This document shows positions 11,821 to 25,072 of a stretch of DNA of 64,000 nt, in pieces; within the stretch, counting starts at the first letter, position 1, and the number at the start of each line of letters is the position of its first letter. The stretch is from Eledone cirrhosa (taxonomy: Eukaryota), in assembly GCA_964016885.1 (NCBI GenBank), contig OZ024741.1:227354001-227418000 (forward strand), written 5' to 3'. Under the pieces are notes generated by a model that saw only the letters and a list, made by a program, of their open reading frames with translations, made no database searches and was not told the DNA's origin. The translations under genes and the position numbers were made by a program.

Positions 11821-14800
11821 AACAACTACAACAATAACAGCGTCAACCAAAATACAGACAACAGAAAAAAATGACAACAAATGCAACAACGCTATTAACA
11901 CCAGTAACAAGAAAATAAACAACGGCAACAACAATAGCAACAATACAAATTGCACTGAAAACAACAACAACGGTGGCACCAAAAACACAACCAACTACAA
12001 CAGTGATAACAGCAACAACACCAACAACACCGTTTGTAGCAGTAGAAACAGCAACAGCACCAGCAACAAGAACAGTAGCGGCAGTAGTGGCAGCAATAAT
12101 GGTGCCGCTGAAAAAGGGGCCACTTCTTTCGCAGGTGTCGCTCGAAATATAGAGACAGAGCTAGTGAGGGAGGAGGAGATGGTACTCGCAAGAACCATGG
12201 TGACTAGAAATGATAATAGTTTCCCTGAAACCTCCACCCGATTTCTTCAAAGACCAGCAGCTGCGCACGGTGACTTACCGCACCGTAAGCAAAATGTCAT
12301 ATCGGGTGGGGAGAGCCACGGAGGCTCAAATCCAAACGGCCTTGGGGTGCTTCTGGGCGCGCAAAACCCACATCACCCGAGGCAAAAAGTACGCCACAGT
12401 AGAGTACTTTTCGCCACCCCTCTAGAGGCGAAGTCTCACTCTTTGGAAACCCCAAAGAGTGAGGAGATAGTCTTGGTACCCCCCTACTGCGGGCAGAAAA
12501 TTGTGAGGGTCAAAGTGACCCAGGTCCCGCTCGACGTGCCCATACCTTGGCTGGCCGCGTCTGTACTGGCTGGAACCGAGGAGAAGACCACCATACTGCA
12601 AATACAGAGAATCGGAAGAGAGAACTGCTCAGGAATAGGCATGCAAATGCTAATACAGACTGACCAGGAGTGCTTCGTGGCCATCCCAGAAATCATAGAC
12701 CTCGAAGAAGGAGTCCAACTCCCTATAAGCGTGGAAGGAAGGCGCCCAAAGTGATATCTCTGTGGGCAGAAGGGTCACCTCAGGGCCTTCTGCCCGTAGA
12801 AGACAGCCAAGAAGAGGGTCCCCTCCTTCTGACGCCGGATCCGTTGCTACCAAGAGCAGGGCAGGAAACAGAGGCAGAAGACCCTTCCATGGTCAGTAGG
12901 AGGGAAACGTCTGTGGCACCCATACCAAGGCCACGGACAACTAAAACAGCGGCAACACCAACAGTCGCAGTAGCTACACCGGCGGCAAATTCGCCGGAGC
13001 GGGCTCCAATACCACCACCAACAGCAGTAGAGCTCATACCCCTCCCAGACGCCACGGAATCCGATATGGAGTATGAGGTGGGAAGAAAGTGGCAAACGGT
13101 CTGCCACAAAAAAAAAACAAAAAAGGAAAAACCCCTTAGCTTCACCCTCCAAAAGCGAAGGCAAACGAAGAGGGGTTAGGGAGAGACTTGCAGCAACACC
13201 ACTACCATCACCATCACCACCAACAACAACCACACCGCCACCAGCATCACCAAAAACACCAACATCGCAAACACAACAAAACACACACACCCAACAGCAA
13301 CAACAAGAAAACAACAACAAAATCACCCCTCCCGCCAAAAAGTACACAGCCATAAACATGGCAAATAAAGAACTCTTACAACATATAAAAGAGCACACAA
13401 ACATCACAGAAAAAATTACTATACCCCACCAACACCAAGAAGTGCTTTTTCGGAGAGGCTTGGATCTCGCCGTACGGGCCATCTTCCTGGAGCCAGAAGG
13501 TAATTCGGTGGTGCTGGACGTGACCGGCAGCGAAGGTAATGCTTTCAGGCTAGTAGCCGTCTACGCCCCAACAGGGGCAGGACGGCCAGATTTCTTCAAA
13601 CGTCTAGAGACCTTTCTTGGAACGTCCCGCTCTTTAGTGTTAGTGGGCGACTGGTACGGTATCTTAGATGCACACTGGGATTATGTGGGGATAGTAGACA
13701 GGACAGGAGGGTGTAAAAGCCTCAATAACCTGCTCAGACGTTTTGAACTGTCTGACAGGTATAGAGTGGATTATCCGAATGTGCCAATGTGGACATGGGC
13801 AAACCGCATCGGGTCATCCAGATCGTATTTAGATACGGTATTCTGTAGAGAAACAGATAAGATTGTCCACAATTTAAAGCAGTCGACTACACGGACCACA
13901 AATTTGTGATCTGTGAAGTTCACTTAGATAGACTCCATAGGCAAGGGCTCGGCTACTGGAAGCTGAACGCGTCGTTCCCGGTGCGCAAAGCTTACAGAGA
14001 CCGGATTAGCGAATTAGTTAAGCGTGCGTTGACGGGTGCGATCGTCAACAACAGGTGATGATTTACCCTGAAAAGGGCTATTAGAGTAGAATCGATAAGG
14101 TTTAGAAAAGGAGTAGTGATAAAGGAAAATAGAGTAGAGGCAAAGTTAGTTAGAAAGATAGAAGTGGCGTTTAGGACAGGCATCGCAACCGACCTGCTTG
14201 CGGCGAGATTGGCACTCGACAACGCAAAGCATGAAGGCTGCGTTGTCAGAGCTAGAGCGCGTGCTCTAAGACACGAGGGGACGAAAGCCGTTCAATGGGC
14301 CCGGGTGGTGGAGGCGCGACGTGGCAACAAGTCCACAATTCGGTCTTTGCCTGATCAAAACGGGCGCATGTTGCTCGAACCCGAGCAGATGTGTGCGGCT
14401 TTTCAACAGCACTTTGCTCAATTGTTCGGGAGCGGCGGCGGGCCGGATCGGAGTATGGACTTCGGTGCATACCTCGACGGACTGCCGCGGCTCTCTACGA
14501 CCGCAGTACAGTTCTACAAAAAGCCGATAACAGCAGGTGAAATACGGGAAGCGATGTCTCACTGCAGGAGGGGTAAATCGCCAAGTTTGGATGGTCTGCC
14601 CTACGAGCTTTATGCGTATATGCCAGACTTGTTCGGCGACCTCTTGGCATATGTCTACTGCAACTGGCAGCAGAACGGGAGCATTCGCAGTTTTGTGAGC
14701 CGGGGAGCGGTGGCGCTGCTGAGAAAAGACCCGAACAAGGGGGACGTTGTAGACAACTTCAGGCCCATAACTGCTAAACGCAGAGTTTAAGATTTTGGCC

Positions 14801-16813
14801 AAGGTGTTAGCAAAGAGATTGGCGATTGTCGTCGCTGATCTGGTAGGAGAGGCGCAGACATGCGCCATTCCGGACAGACATTCCACGACAACCTCCATCT
14901 CATGCGATACATCATGGAGAGGGTGGTTAAGGAACCTGGCACGGGTGGGGCCCTGATCAACTTGGATCAATCTAAAGCATTTGATAGGGTCGACCATCGG
15001 TACCTGACTGCGGTCCTCGAGGCCGCCGGCTTCAGACTCGTTTTTAGGGGCTGGATCGCTGCAATGCACAGCGACATCTGCTCGATTGTGAGGGTCAATG
15101 GTCACCTGTCGCAGCCTTTCAGCCTCATGCACTTGGTCCGCCAGGGTTGTCCCCTCTCGCCCCTCTTGTACGTATAGGCTCTCGAGCCGTTACTACACAA
15201 ACTGGGGACAATGAGGGGCTCCCACGTGAACAGGGATGCGGGAGATCCGTGTCAGCTTACGCCGACGACGTCACCGTGGTGGTGTCGAGCCCTAAACACG
15301 TCCAGATGCTTGGCACCGCTCTCAAGGAATACGAAGCGGTGACAGGAGCAAAAATAAACCAGGAAAAGTCGGTGGGCTTGCAGCTCGGCACCTGGAGAGG
15401 CGAGTCGATGTCGTCCGACAGCGTCGTGGGGCGTTGGACGGACGGACCGGTTAAATTGCTCGGGGTCTGGTTCGGTCCGGACTTCCAGATGGAGAAAAAC
15501 TGGAGCGAGGTGACGAGCAGGGTGACCTCTCTCATCGCATCCGTAATCTGCTACCGCCTGACCGTCGCTCCTTGCTCCCGCCCAACTCTGACCGAAATGG
15601 AGCGCCTTCTCTTCCGCTTTTTGTGGAAGGGTTGTGCTCCCATGGTCAGACGATCCATTTGCTGTCAACACCCGTTGCGTGGAGGACTTGGCGTGCCGTG
15701 GCTGATGATGCGCAAACATGCACTAAGGCTGCGACATCTCTGGTGCTTCCTTGACGGTGAACAGGTGTGGTCGCCGTTTGCCAGACGCGCTTTTCCCCAG
15801 CTCGTCTCCTTGACGGAGCTGCAGTCCTGGATCAGGAAAAGACCGAGGGATAACGTTTGGAAGCTGGAATGTCTCTAAGCTCTCACCGCCCTCTACCAAC
15901 TGGGCACTAGTATCGGTGGAACATCCACCTTGGCGTTCTATAGAGGGCTAGTGGAGAGAAAGAGCGACGACGTTCTCGGGGAGACCCTGGGCGTCGAAGG
16001 CGATCAGCTGTTCGCTCTCTTCAAGAGAACTTTCAGACCGGGGTCTATGGACAACTTCCAGAAATCCCTGGCCTGGCAGTGCTACCGGGGAGCGTTGCGG
16101 GTTTGGGACAAGCTCTACAGGTACGGAGGTGCTGTCAGCCGAGCCTGTCCGAGATGCGCGCAGGGCGACGAAACCGTCCTGCATGCACTCGTTCAGTGCC
16201 CGAGGATTGCTGACTTTTGGAGCTATGTCGAACAGCTGCTGTCGAGTGTAGGACAGATCCGGTTATCGACTGAGTTCATTGTGCAGATAGCCCCGCCATC
16301 CTCCTTTAAAGAGGAGGAAGGGCAGGCAGTTTTCATCTGCCTGGTGGCCATGGCGAAAGAGATTGTGTGGTGGACAAGGCTGAAAGGGTTAATCGGCCAA
16401 TCCCTGATTAACTTTTACAAGTTTCACTTGAAGAGGAAAAATCAGGGTGGAGATGCAAGTGCTGTTTTCTAGTAAGTTTGTTGAAAGGTGGGTGAAAGTG
16501 GCGAGTCTGGTCCGAGTGAACGGGCCCGCTCTGAGTTTGCGCCTGTAGACTGGGGAGTGGGAAAACTGAGAGAGGGCGCTCGCCCTGGTGGTCAGGGTGG
16601 CCATGGTCTTTTTTGTGTGGTTTTCGCCACAAGTGACCCTCCGAGGTTTCCCCCTTTTGCGGGATCTTTAGTTGTTTGAATCTTTTGGATTTCTAGCCCG
16701 ATTTTGTTATAACCTGTTTACACGACCAAAACCCACTTTGTATCATCCTGTACTGTTCTGCGCCGTCTCTAATGTTTTTCGTCGTGTTAGCCCTTGTGGC
16801 CAATAAAGAAACC
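11821..16813 (+). mobile_element. Tx1-type LINE T1 (family A), 5'-truncated, ORF1/ORF2 junction deleted
   Basis: ORF1 SFAGVA/GKKYATV/EGRRPK; APE (LVGDW..ILD, SRSYLD); RT (LDQSKAFDRVDH, RQGCPLSP, YADD); CPRC..ETVLHALVQC. Ends CCTTGTGGCCAATAAAGAAACC+(ATT)n. Confidence 0.92.
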
Positions 16814-16832
16814 ATTATTATTATTATTATAA

Positions 16833-17022
16833 AGACGGTGGATTGGCAGTATCGGCAGAGGGTCGGACGCCATGCTTTCCAGCATAGTTACGTCCCTTTA
16901 CGATCTGAGTTCAAATCCCGCCGAGGTTGACTTCGCCTTTCATCCTTACGGGGTCGATAAAATAAAGTACCAGTAATGCACTGGTTAATTGCTGGCTTTG
17001 TGCCAAAACTAGAAACAATTAT
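16833..17022 (+). mobile_element. SINE
   Basis: Full family consensus between the T1 (ATT)n tail and the D1 3' end. Confidence 0.9.
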
Positions 17023-17024
17023 TT

Positions 17025-19150
17025 TTGAGTCTCAGTCATTGATGTTATTTAACTGGAAAGTTTGTTGAAATGAATATCAAGCCGCTACATGCAGTCCCAG
17101 ATATTCAGGACGTATCGGAGGGTTCTTGCTGTTCCCAGCAAACATGTCTTTTGAAGTGTTCCAAAAAGCGTGGCTGGACTAATCTTCTTTAACCATCCTT
17201 GGAAACTCTTTGAGATAGTACCTAGTGCGCCTATGACAATCGGGACCACTTTGCCTTCATGGCAGTTCCAAATCCTTTTTAACTCTCACTTTAAGTCCTG
17301 GTATCGGTTAATTTTCTCCCTCTCCTTTTCTTGCACTCTCGTGTCAAATGGGCAGGCCACATCCACAATCAGGCACGATCTGTTTTCCTCGTCCAAAACC
17401 ACCAGGTCAGGCCTATTGTGTTCTAATTTCTTGTCCGTCTGTATCCTAAAATCCCACAGCACCTTCACCTGATCGTTTTCTATCACCGACTCTGGATTAT
17501 GCTCATACCACTTCTCAGAATGTGGTAAATTGTTTACTTTGCATAGGTGCCAGTGGATCACCCTGCCCATCACATCATGTCTCCAGCCTTTATAGTGAGT
17601 CTGGGCTAGGTGTTTACATTCGGGTACAATGTGAGCCACTGTCTCCTCTCTCCACAGATCCTACACAGTGGGCTAGACTCTTCCTTGTAAATATGGTGTT
17701 TCAGCCATTTCGTTCTGAGGGCCTGCTCTTGCGCAGTCATTAGCATTCCTTCTGTAGCCTTTTTAAGGTCTCCTCTTCTCAACCAGTTCCATGTCTGTGG
17801 ATCTCTGAATTCTGTTTTATTAAAGAAGGTACTATGAAGGGATTTTTCATGAAGGTTGCTCTTCCTCCTTGTTGTTATTTCCTCCTTGGACATCCCCTGG
17901 TCTATTGTCCCCTCCTTCAGTACAGTTCTGAGCATTGGCTCCCTACTGTCAGTCACGTATTTGTGTAGGTTGTTTTTCTCCATCTGAACACAGTCCTCTA
18001 TGCTGATAAGACCTCTTCCACCTTAAGACCTCTTTAAGTAGAGTCTATTGACATCACTCCTCTTGTGGAGCATGTTGTAGATAGTCAATAGCTTCCTAGT
18101 CTTCCTATCCATTTCTTTTTGTTCAGCAACATTCCATTTCAGAATTCCCGCACTGTACCTAATAATAGACACAGCTCGGGAATTCACTGCACTTATGGAA
18201 TTCCTACTGTTCAGATGTGAATTTAATACGCTCCTTACTCTCTTAATGTATTCAGATCTTATCAATTCCTTCATTTTTTTGTTCTTGATGTCAACTTCCT
18301 CCAGAACACCTAAATATTTGTATCCTTCTTCAGTGTCAATTTCCTTTATCATCTCACCTGTTGGTACCTGGATTCCCATGGCAAGACCAGTGTGTCTCCT
18401 CTTGCAATTCCTCATTACGATCTTATCAATAAGTAACTGGTCCTTTGTACCACGGGACTTCTTTCGGCATCCTTTCTGTTCGTCCGGTAACAAGTTGTTT
18501 GTGTGGAGGTGATGGTAGATTTCCTCAGACCTAATGCTTGTCAACAGTTTCCACATTACGGACTGACATGTGATAGGTCTATAGTTGGTAACATCATTAC
18601 CCTTGATTCGGTCTTTCATTACCAGAACTGTGGTACCTTTTGTCAACCACTCTGGTACCTCACCTGACATCAAGCAGTCTTTGAACATGGTTGTCAGTTT
18701 CGGGTGGAGGGATGTTATATTTTTCATCCAATACCCTTGCACACCATCTGGGCCTGGTGATTTCCAGTTAGTTAGTTTCTTGGCCTGCCCCTTAAGAGTT
18801 TCAACTGTGATACTAAAATCAGTTTGTTGGTGTGCCTGTTCACTAATCTCCTTTTGTACTGCCTCAATCCACATTGCCTGGTCATTATGTTTAACATCCT
18901 GCTCCCATATTCCTCTCCAGAATGTCTTAGTTTGTTCCGCCTCAAGGATCAAGTCGTTGCCCCTTTCTTTCCCTTCAAGCTGTCCAAACAGCATCTTCTG
19001 GTTGTTGTCAAACATGCGGTTCTGTCTATACTGACTGACTCTGCTCTCGTATCGCCTAATTTTTGCACTCTTTGCTACAATGCGTTGCTTCAGTTCATCT
19101 ATGATAATATTTTGCTTTTTCCTCCTAGTTTTGTACTTTATTTCCACTCT
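17025..19150 (-). mobile_element. R4/Dong-type RLE non-LTR retrotransposon D1, 5'-truncated, RT core deleted
   Basis: KSPGPDGVQGYW, NYRPITC, EQKGCRKKSRGTKDQLLID; CRICGE zinc knuckle, RHD, KVLWDFRIQTD..NRPDL..DVACP (RLE). (TAA)n at its 5' junction. Confidence 0.9.
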
Positions 19151-19203
19151 ATTATTATTATTATTATTATTATTATTAAATTATTACTATTATTATTATT
19201 AAA

Positions 19204-19385
19204 GGACGGTGGATTGGCAGTATCGGTAGAGGGTCGGACGCCATGCTTTGACGCATAGAGTTACGGCCCTTGCCATTCTGAGTTCAAATCCCACTGAGAT
19301 TTGCCTTTCATCCTTATGGGGTCGATAAAATAAAGTACCAGTAATACACTGGGTATTTGCTGGCCTTGTGCCAAAAGTAGAAACA

Positions 19386-19463
<78 letters not shown>
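19204..19463 (+). mobile_element. SINE with long (ATT)n tail (19386-19463)
   Basis: Family consensus; the tail runs directly into the 5' end of T2. Confidence 0.9.
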
Positions 19464-19671
19464 GGCGACTTACGCAGTAAATCGTATCATCGTGAGCTCC
19501 GCAAAGGTTTGTTATTTCCGTTTGTTAAAAATTGCCATTTATGGAAAATGTTATTGTTAACTGTATATAAGCGCACATACATTGTTTTCCGAAAAGGACA
19601 CCCAAAAAGATTGGGGCCTTGTCCTCAAAATTTAAACTTTTATGATTATCAAAAATTTCTTTGAAAAAAAA

Positions 19672-21629
19672 ATGGCTAATTCACCTCTGTACCAAGCAGC
19701 TGAGAGCCTTCCTCACAAACTAACACCTCACACAGACACCACAATTGTAAATATTACTACGTTTGCCAACACTAAAAATTTAAGCAGTAGCAATATTTTA
19801 AATTTGTCTCAGGCAGACATTCATTTCCCGCCATTAACCAATGACTGCAGGTGATAAAGCCGCCACCACCACTGCGACAACCACCATCCCCACCACCACC
19901 GCGACAACAGAAACAAAATAAAAAAATAAATTAACTCGTGATGTCGAAATGAATTCAACCAAAATGGACTCTTCCACACCGAACACCACTGACGTCACCA
20001 CCACCACAACTGAAACTAAAATTAATAACAAAAATAACGATAACAACAACAGCAACAATGACTTTAAAAAAACCACCCTGAGTTTTGCCAGAGTAGCAAA
20101 ACAGTGCGAAGCATTTCAGGTAACTCAGGAGGAATTAGAAAATGCCAAAAAAAATGGTAAAGAAAGATGGGTACAAGGTCAGCCTCACCACCCACCTAAT
20201 AAAATGGAGCATCGGCGCCTATGCACCGTGTCGTATCGAACAATTAATGTAAAATCGCGCCGAGTGGAACGGGCATCCGAGACCCAAATCCAAAAAGCTT
20301 TGGGACATGTGTGGGCAAGAAAAACCCTATCAGACGTGGGCAGAAGTATGGAACCGTGGACGTGTTCTTTGAAACACAAGAGGAGGCTAGAGAACACTCC
20401 ATGGCCCCATTAAGAAGTGACGACTTCACACTCGTCCCAAGCTATTGTGGCCAGAGACTCGTAAAGATCAGGGTGACCCACGTTCCACCGGCCATCGAAA
20501 TTCCCTGGCTAATAGCGGCCGTCCTCGCCGGCATCGAAGCCAACACAAAGATAATAGCAATAGCAAAAGAAAAGCAGAAGAACTGGTCCGGATCTGGGAT
20601 GGAGCTCCTGATCCAAGCGCACCAAAAAAGCATTGAGGAGATCCCAGAGGTAATAGACCTCACTGACGGCAACCACCTCACCGTAATTGTCGAGGGCAGA
20701 AGGCCTAGGTGTGTCGTTTGTGGTGAAGGAACCCGCCTAAGGGGTTTCTGCCCTCAGGCTAAAAGGTTGAAGCCACCTCTCCTACCCACCCCAGTGACTC
20801 AACCATCAACACCACCAGTAGCAGAGATGGCAGCAACAACTGTAGCAGTAACAACAGAAGCAACTATAACAGCAACAACCCCAGAAATAGTAGCAAAACC
20901 AACACCACGACCACCCAACGCTTCAGAACTAGCACCAGCGCCTACACCATCCACCACGCCACAACCAAAACTAACGCCTGTGGAGGATTTTCTACTCCCC
21001 GGCCTATCACAACTGGAGACAGATTGTGACGACGAGGAGTGGGAAACGGTATCAGGAAAAAAGAAAAAAAGAAACCAAAAAAGAAAAAAATTCTCTTTCT
21101 TCCCCCTCCAAAAACAAAATACAGAGGGAAACAAATAAATTAACAAACAAAAAAATTAGGACAGATATGCCACCATCCACACCAGCATCACCAACCCCAT
21201 CACCACAAACACCAACACCATCACCATCATTAACCCCAACACCACCATCACCTACACCACAAAAGTCACCAAAATGCGAAACAGAAACAAACCTACAACA
21301 AACGCAAACAAAACAAAACAACCAAAACGATACACACTACACAGCATTAAATTTGAACAACAACCAATTATTACACTACATCCAACACAACACCAGCATC
21401 ACAGAAAAAGACTACACAACAACCCAAAAATTCACACCAACTCCACACATACAAATCACTCGCATCACACAGAAAACGTACATGACACTAAAACAAAAAT
21501 TCCCCAAAGACATCGGAGACTTCCGACAAGCACTCTCCAGGAGGATTTATAAGGACATCCTTCCGGAGGAGGCCACAAGCAGTGAAAAGCGATGGACAAA
21601 CCATCCTTCCTCTACGAGAAGTAAGGTAA
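19672..21629 (+). pseudogene. T2 ORF1 (gag-like, CCHC zinc knuckle), frameshifted
   Basis: Track ORFs 19949-20413, 20311-21138 and 21026-21667; CVVCGEGTRLRGFC knuckle (His mutated), Pro/Thr linker, basic patch. Confidence 0.85.
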
Positions 21630-21663
21630 GTGGTCTTTCCCATCTTTTCCACTCCATTTCAAC

Positions 21664-24600
21664 ATGACCTCACTCAAAATAGGCAGCATAAATGCGCGTG
21701 GCTTGGGGTCGTCATGGAAGCAGGGCCACCTGCTCAACGACCTTAGGTCACTAAACATAGATGTAGTGGCCATCAGCGAGACCAGAATCTCCGAAGCACG
21801 GGCCTTCGCACCAAACTTCGGCGGCTACGATGTGTACGCATCTCCCAGCCGTCCGGGATCGGGGGTGGAGTTGCTGTGCTTTTTCGGAGAGTTTTGGATC
21901 TTGCCATACGGGCCATCTTCCTGGACCCAGAAGGTAAGTTGGTGGTGCTGGATGTGACCAGCGGAGACGGGCAAGCTTTCAGGTTAGTGGCCGTCTATGT
22001 CACGACATGAGCAGGGCGGCCTGATTTCTTCCGGCGTCTGGAGACCTTTCTTGTAACGTCCCGCTCTTTAGTGTTAGTGGGCGACTGGAACGGGATCTTA
22101 GATGCACGCTGGGACTGTTTGGGATTAGTGGATAGGGGAGGAGGGTGCAAGAGTCTCACCAACCTGCTCAGGCTTTTTGAACTGTCTGACAGGTACCGAT
22201 TGGATTTCCCGAATGTACCAATGTGGACTTGGACAAATCGCATAGGGTCATCCAGATCATATCTAGATAGAGTATTTTGTAGGGAAATAGATAGGTCTAG
22301 CATAGGCAGTCTACAATTCAAGATAGTCAGCTACACGGACCACACATTCGTGATCTGTGTGCTTGACTTAGATAGGCTTCATAGACGAGGACCCGGCTAC
22401 TGGAAGCTAAACGCGTCCTTACCAGCGCGCAAGGCATACAGAGACCGGATTAGCGAACTAGTTAAGCGGGCGTTGACGGGGGCCATCGTCAACAACAAGT
22501 GGTGGTTTGCTCTGAAAAGAGCAATTAGAATAGAGTCCATTAGGTTTAGTAAGGCTTTAGCAATAGAGCAGAGGGAGAACTAGTTAAAAAATTAGACGAG
22601 GCGCTTTGCAAAGGCATCGCGACCGACGTACTTGCGGCGAAATTGGCCCTTGACCAATTCTTCAATGCAAAGCACGAAGGCTGCGTTGTCAGAGCTAGGG
22701 TGCGTGCTCTCAGACACGAGGGGACGAAAGCCATTCAATGGGCCCGAGTGGCGGAGGCGCGTCGTGGCATCAAAGCCACGATCCGGTCTTTGGTGGACCA
22801 CGACGGGCACATGCTACTCGATCCCGGGCAAATGTGTGAAGCTTTTCAGCGACACTTCGCTCAACTGTACGGGGGCAGCGTCGGGCCGTATCGAGGGAAG
22901 CACTTTAGTGTCTACCTCGACGGACTGCCGCGGCTCTCGGCCACTGAGGCGGAGTGTTGCAAAAAGCCGATAACAGCCGCTGAAGTACGAGAGGCAATGA
23001 CTGGCTGCACAAGGGGTAAATCGCCTGGTTTGGATGGTCTGCCCTATGAACTTTACGTACAAATGCCAGACTTGTTCGGCGGCCTCTTGGCGGACGTCTA
23101 CTGCAACTGGCAACAGAACGGGAGAATTCCCAGCTCTGTGAGCTGAGGAGCGGTGGCGCTGCTGAGAAAGGATCCGAACAAGGGGGATAACATAGATAAT
23201 TTTAGGCCCATAACTCTGCTAAACACAGAGTTCAAGATTTTGGCCAAGGTGTTAGCAAAAAGGTTGGCGCTTGTCGTTGGTGGTCTGGTGGGAGAGGCGT
23301 AGACATGCGCCATTCCCGACAGATCCATCCACGACAACCTCTACCTCATGCGATACATCGTAGAGAGGGTAGCTAAGGAACCTAGCACGGGTGGGTCTTT
23401 GATAAATTTAGATCAGTCGAAAGCTTTCGATAGGGTCGACCATCGTTATCTAGCGGCAGTCCTGAGGGCGGCTGGCTTTGGGCCCGTCTTCAGAGGCTGG
23501 ATCGCTGCCATGCACAGCGACATCTGCTCTGTGGTGAGAGTGAACGGTCACCTTTCGGAACCGTTCAACATCATGCGCTTGGTCCGCCAAGGATGTCCCC
23601 TCTCGTCCCTCTTGTACGTATTGACTCTCCAGCTATTACTGCAAAAACTGGAGACGTTGAGGGGGGTCCCGCGCGAACTAGGATGCGGAAGATCCGTGTC
23701 AGCATATGCGGACGATGTCACCGTCGTGGTGTCGAACGCCAAACACATCGAGGCGATCGGCACTACAATAAGAGAATACGAAGCGGTGACAGGAGCAATG
23801 ATCAACCAGGAAAAGTCAGTGGGCCTGCAGCTCGGCACCTGGAGAGGCAGGTCCATGCCGTCCAACAGCGTCGTCGGGCGCTGGTCGGACGGACCGGTTA
23901 AATTGCTAGGTGTCTGTTTCGGTCCGGACCTCCAGACGGACAAAAACTGGGACGAGGTGACGAGCAGGGTGGCTTCTCTCACCCAGAAATGGGCGGAGAG
24001 GAAGCTATCCCTGAAAGGTCGAGCGGAGGTGGCTAACGCGTACATCGCGTCCGTCATCTACTACCGCCTGACCGTTGTACCTTGTCCTAAGCCCCGCCTG
24101 ACTGCGCTGGAGCGTTTGCTCTTTCGCTTTCTGTGGAAGGGACGCGCTCCGATGGTCAGGCGGTCCATCTGCTGTCAACACCCGCTACGTGGAGGACTGG
24201 GCATGCCGTGGCTGATGATGCGCAGACACGCGCTCAGGCTACGACATCTCCACCTCTTCCTCGACGGTGATCAGGTTTGGTCGCCGTTTACTAGACACGT
24301 CTTTCCCCAGCTCGTCTCCTTGACGGAGCTCCAGTCCTGGGTCAAGCGAAGACCGAGAGGGAGCGCTTGGAGACTGGAATGTCTTCAGGCGCTCACAGCC
24401 CTCGACCAATCGGGTAATGTGATCGGTGGAAGCTCCACCTTGGCGTTCTATAGAGGATTAGTGGAGGGGAAGAGCGACGACGTACTGGGAGAAACTCTAG
24501 GCGTCGACGAAAATCAACTAGCCAATCTCTTCGGAAGGACTATCGGGCCGGGACCTATGGACAACTTCCAGAAATCCCTGGCATGGCAGTGCTACCGGGG

Positions 24601-25072
24601 AGACTTGCCAGTTCGGGATAAACTCTACAGGCATGGAGGTGCCGTCAGCCGGGCATGTCCGAGATGCGCCCAGGGCGACGAAACCGTCCTGCACGCACTC
24701 GTCCAGTGTCCGAGCATTGCTGACTTGTGGGTTTATGTCGAACACCTGCTGTCAGGTGTAGGACGCATCCAGCTATCATCTGAGTCCATCGTGAGGATTG
24801 CCCCGCCCTCTTCCTTTAGCCGGGAAGGGCAGGCATTTTTTATCTGTCTGGTGGCCATGGCGAAAGAGATAGTATCGTGGACACGTTTAAAAGGGCTAAA
24901 GACGAGCACTTACCTCTTCGGTGATGCCCTGATTAACTTTTTCAAATTTCATTTGAAAAGGAAGATCAGGGTAGAGAGGGAAGTGCTCTCTTCCCAGCAT
25001 TTTATTGAAAGATGGGTGAGAGAAGCATGTATGGCCCGAGTGAATGGGCCTACTCTGAGTATGTGTCTGTAA
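21664..25072 (+). pseudogene. T2 ORF2 (APE endonuclease + reverse transcriptase), disrupted
   Basis: MTSLKIGSINARGL, VGDWNGILD, YTDH, KSPGLDGLP, SKAFDRVDH, YADD, CPRC..H...C; several frameshifts and stops. Confidence 0.92.

Noticed and set aside
11525-12754. 409-aa ORF as a novel protein
   Set aside because: Chance read-through from T0 ORF2 into T1 ORF1 with internal frame changes.
16530-16550. CTGTAG at the ORF2 stop as a distal splice acceptor
   Set aside because: Present in T1 and T5 but CTGTAA in T2 and T6, so not conserved.
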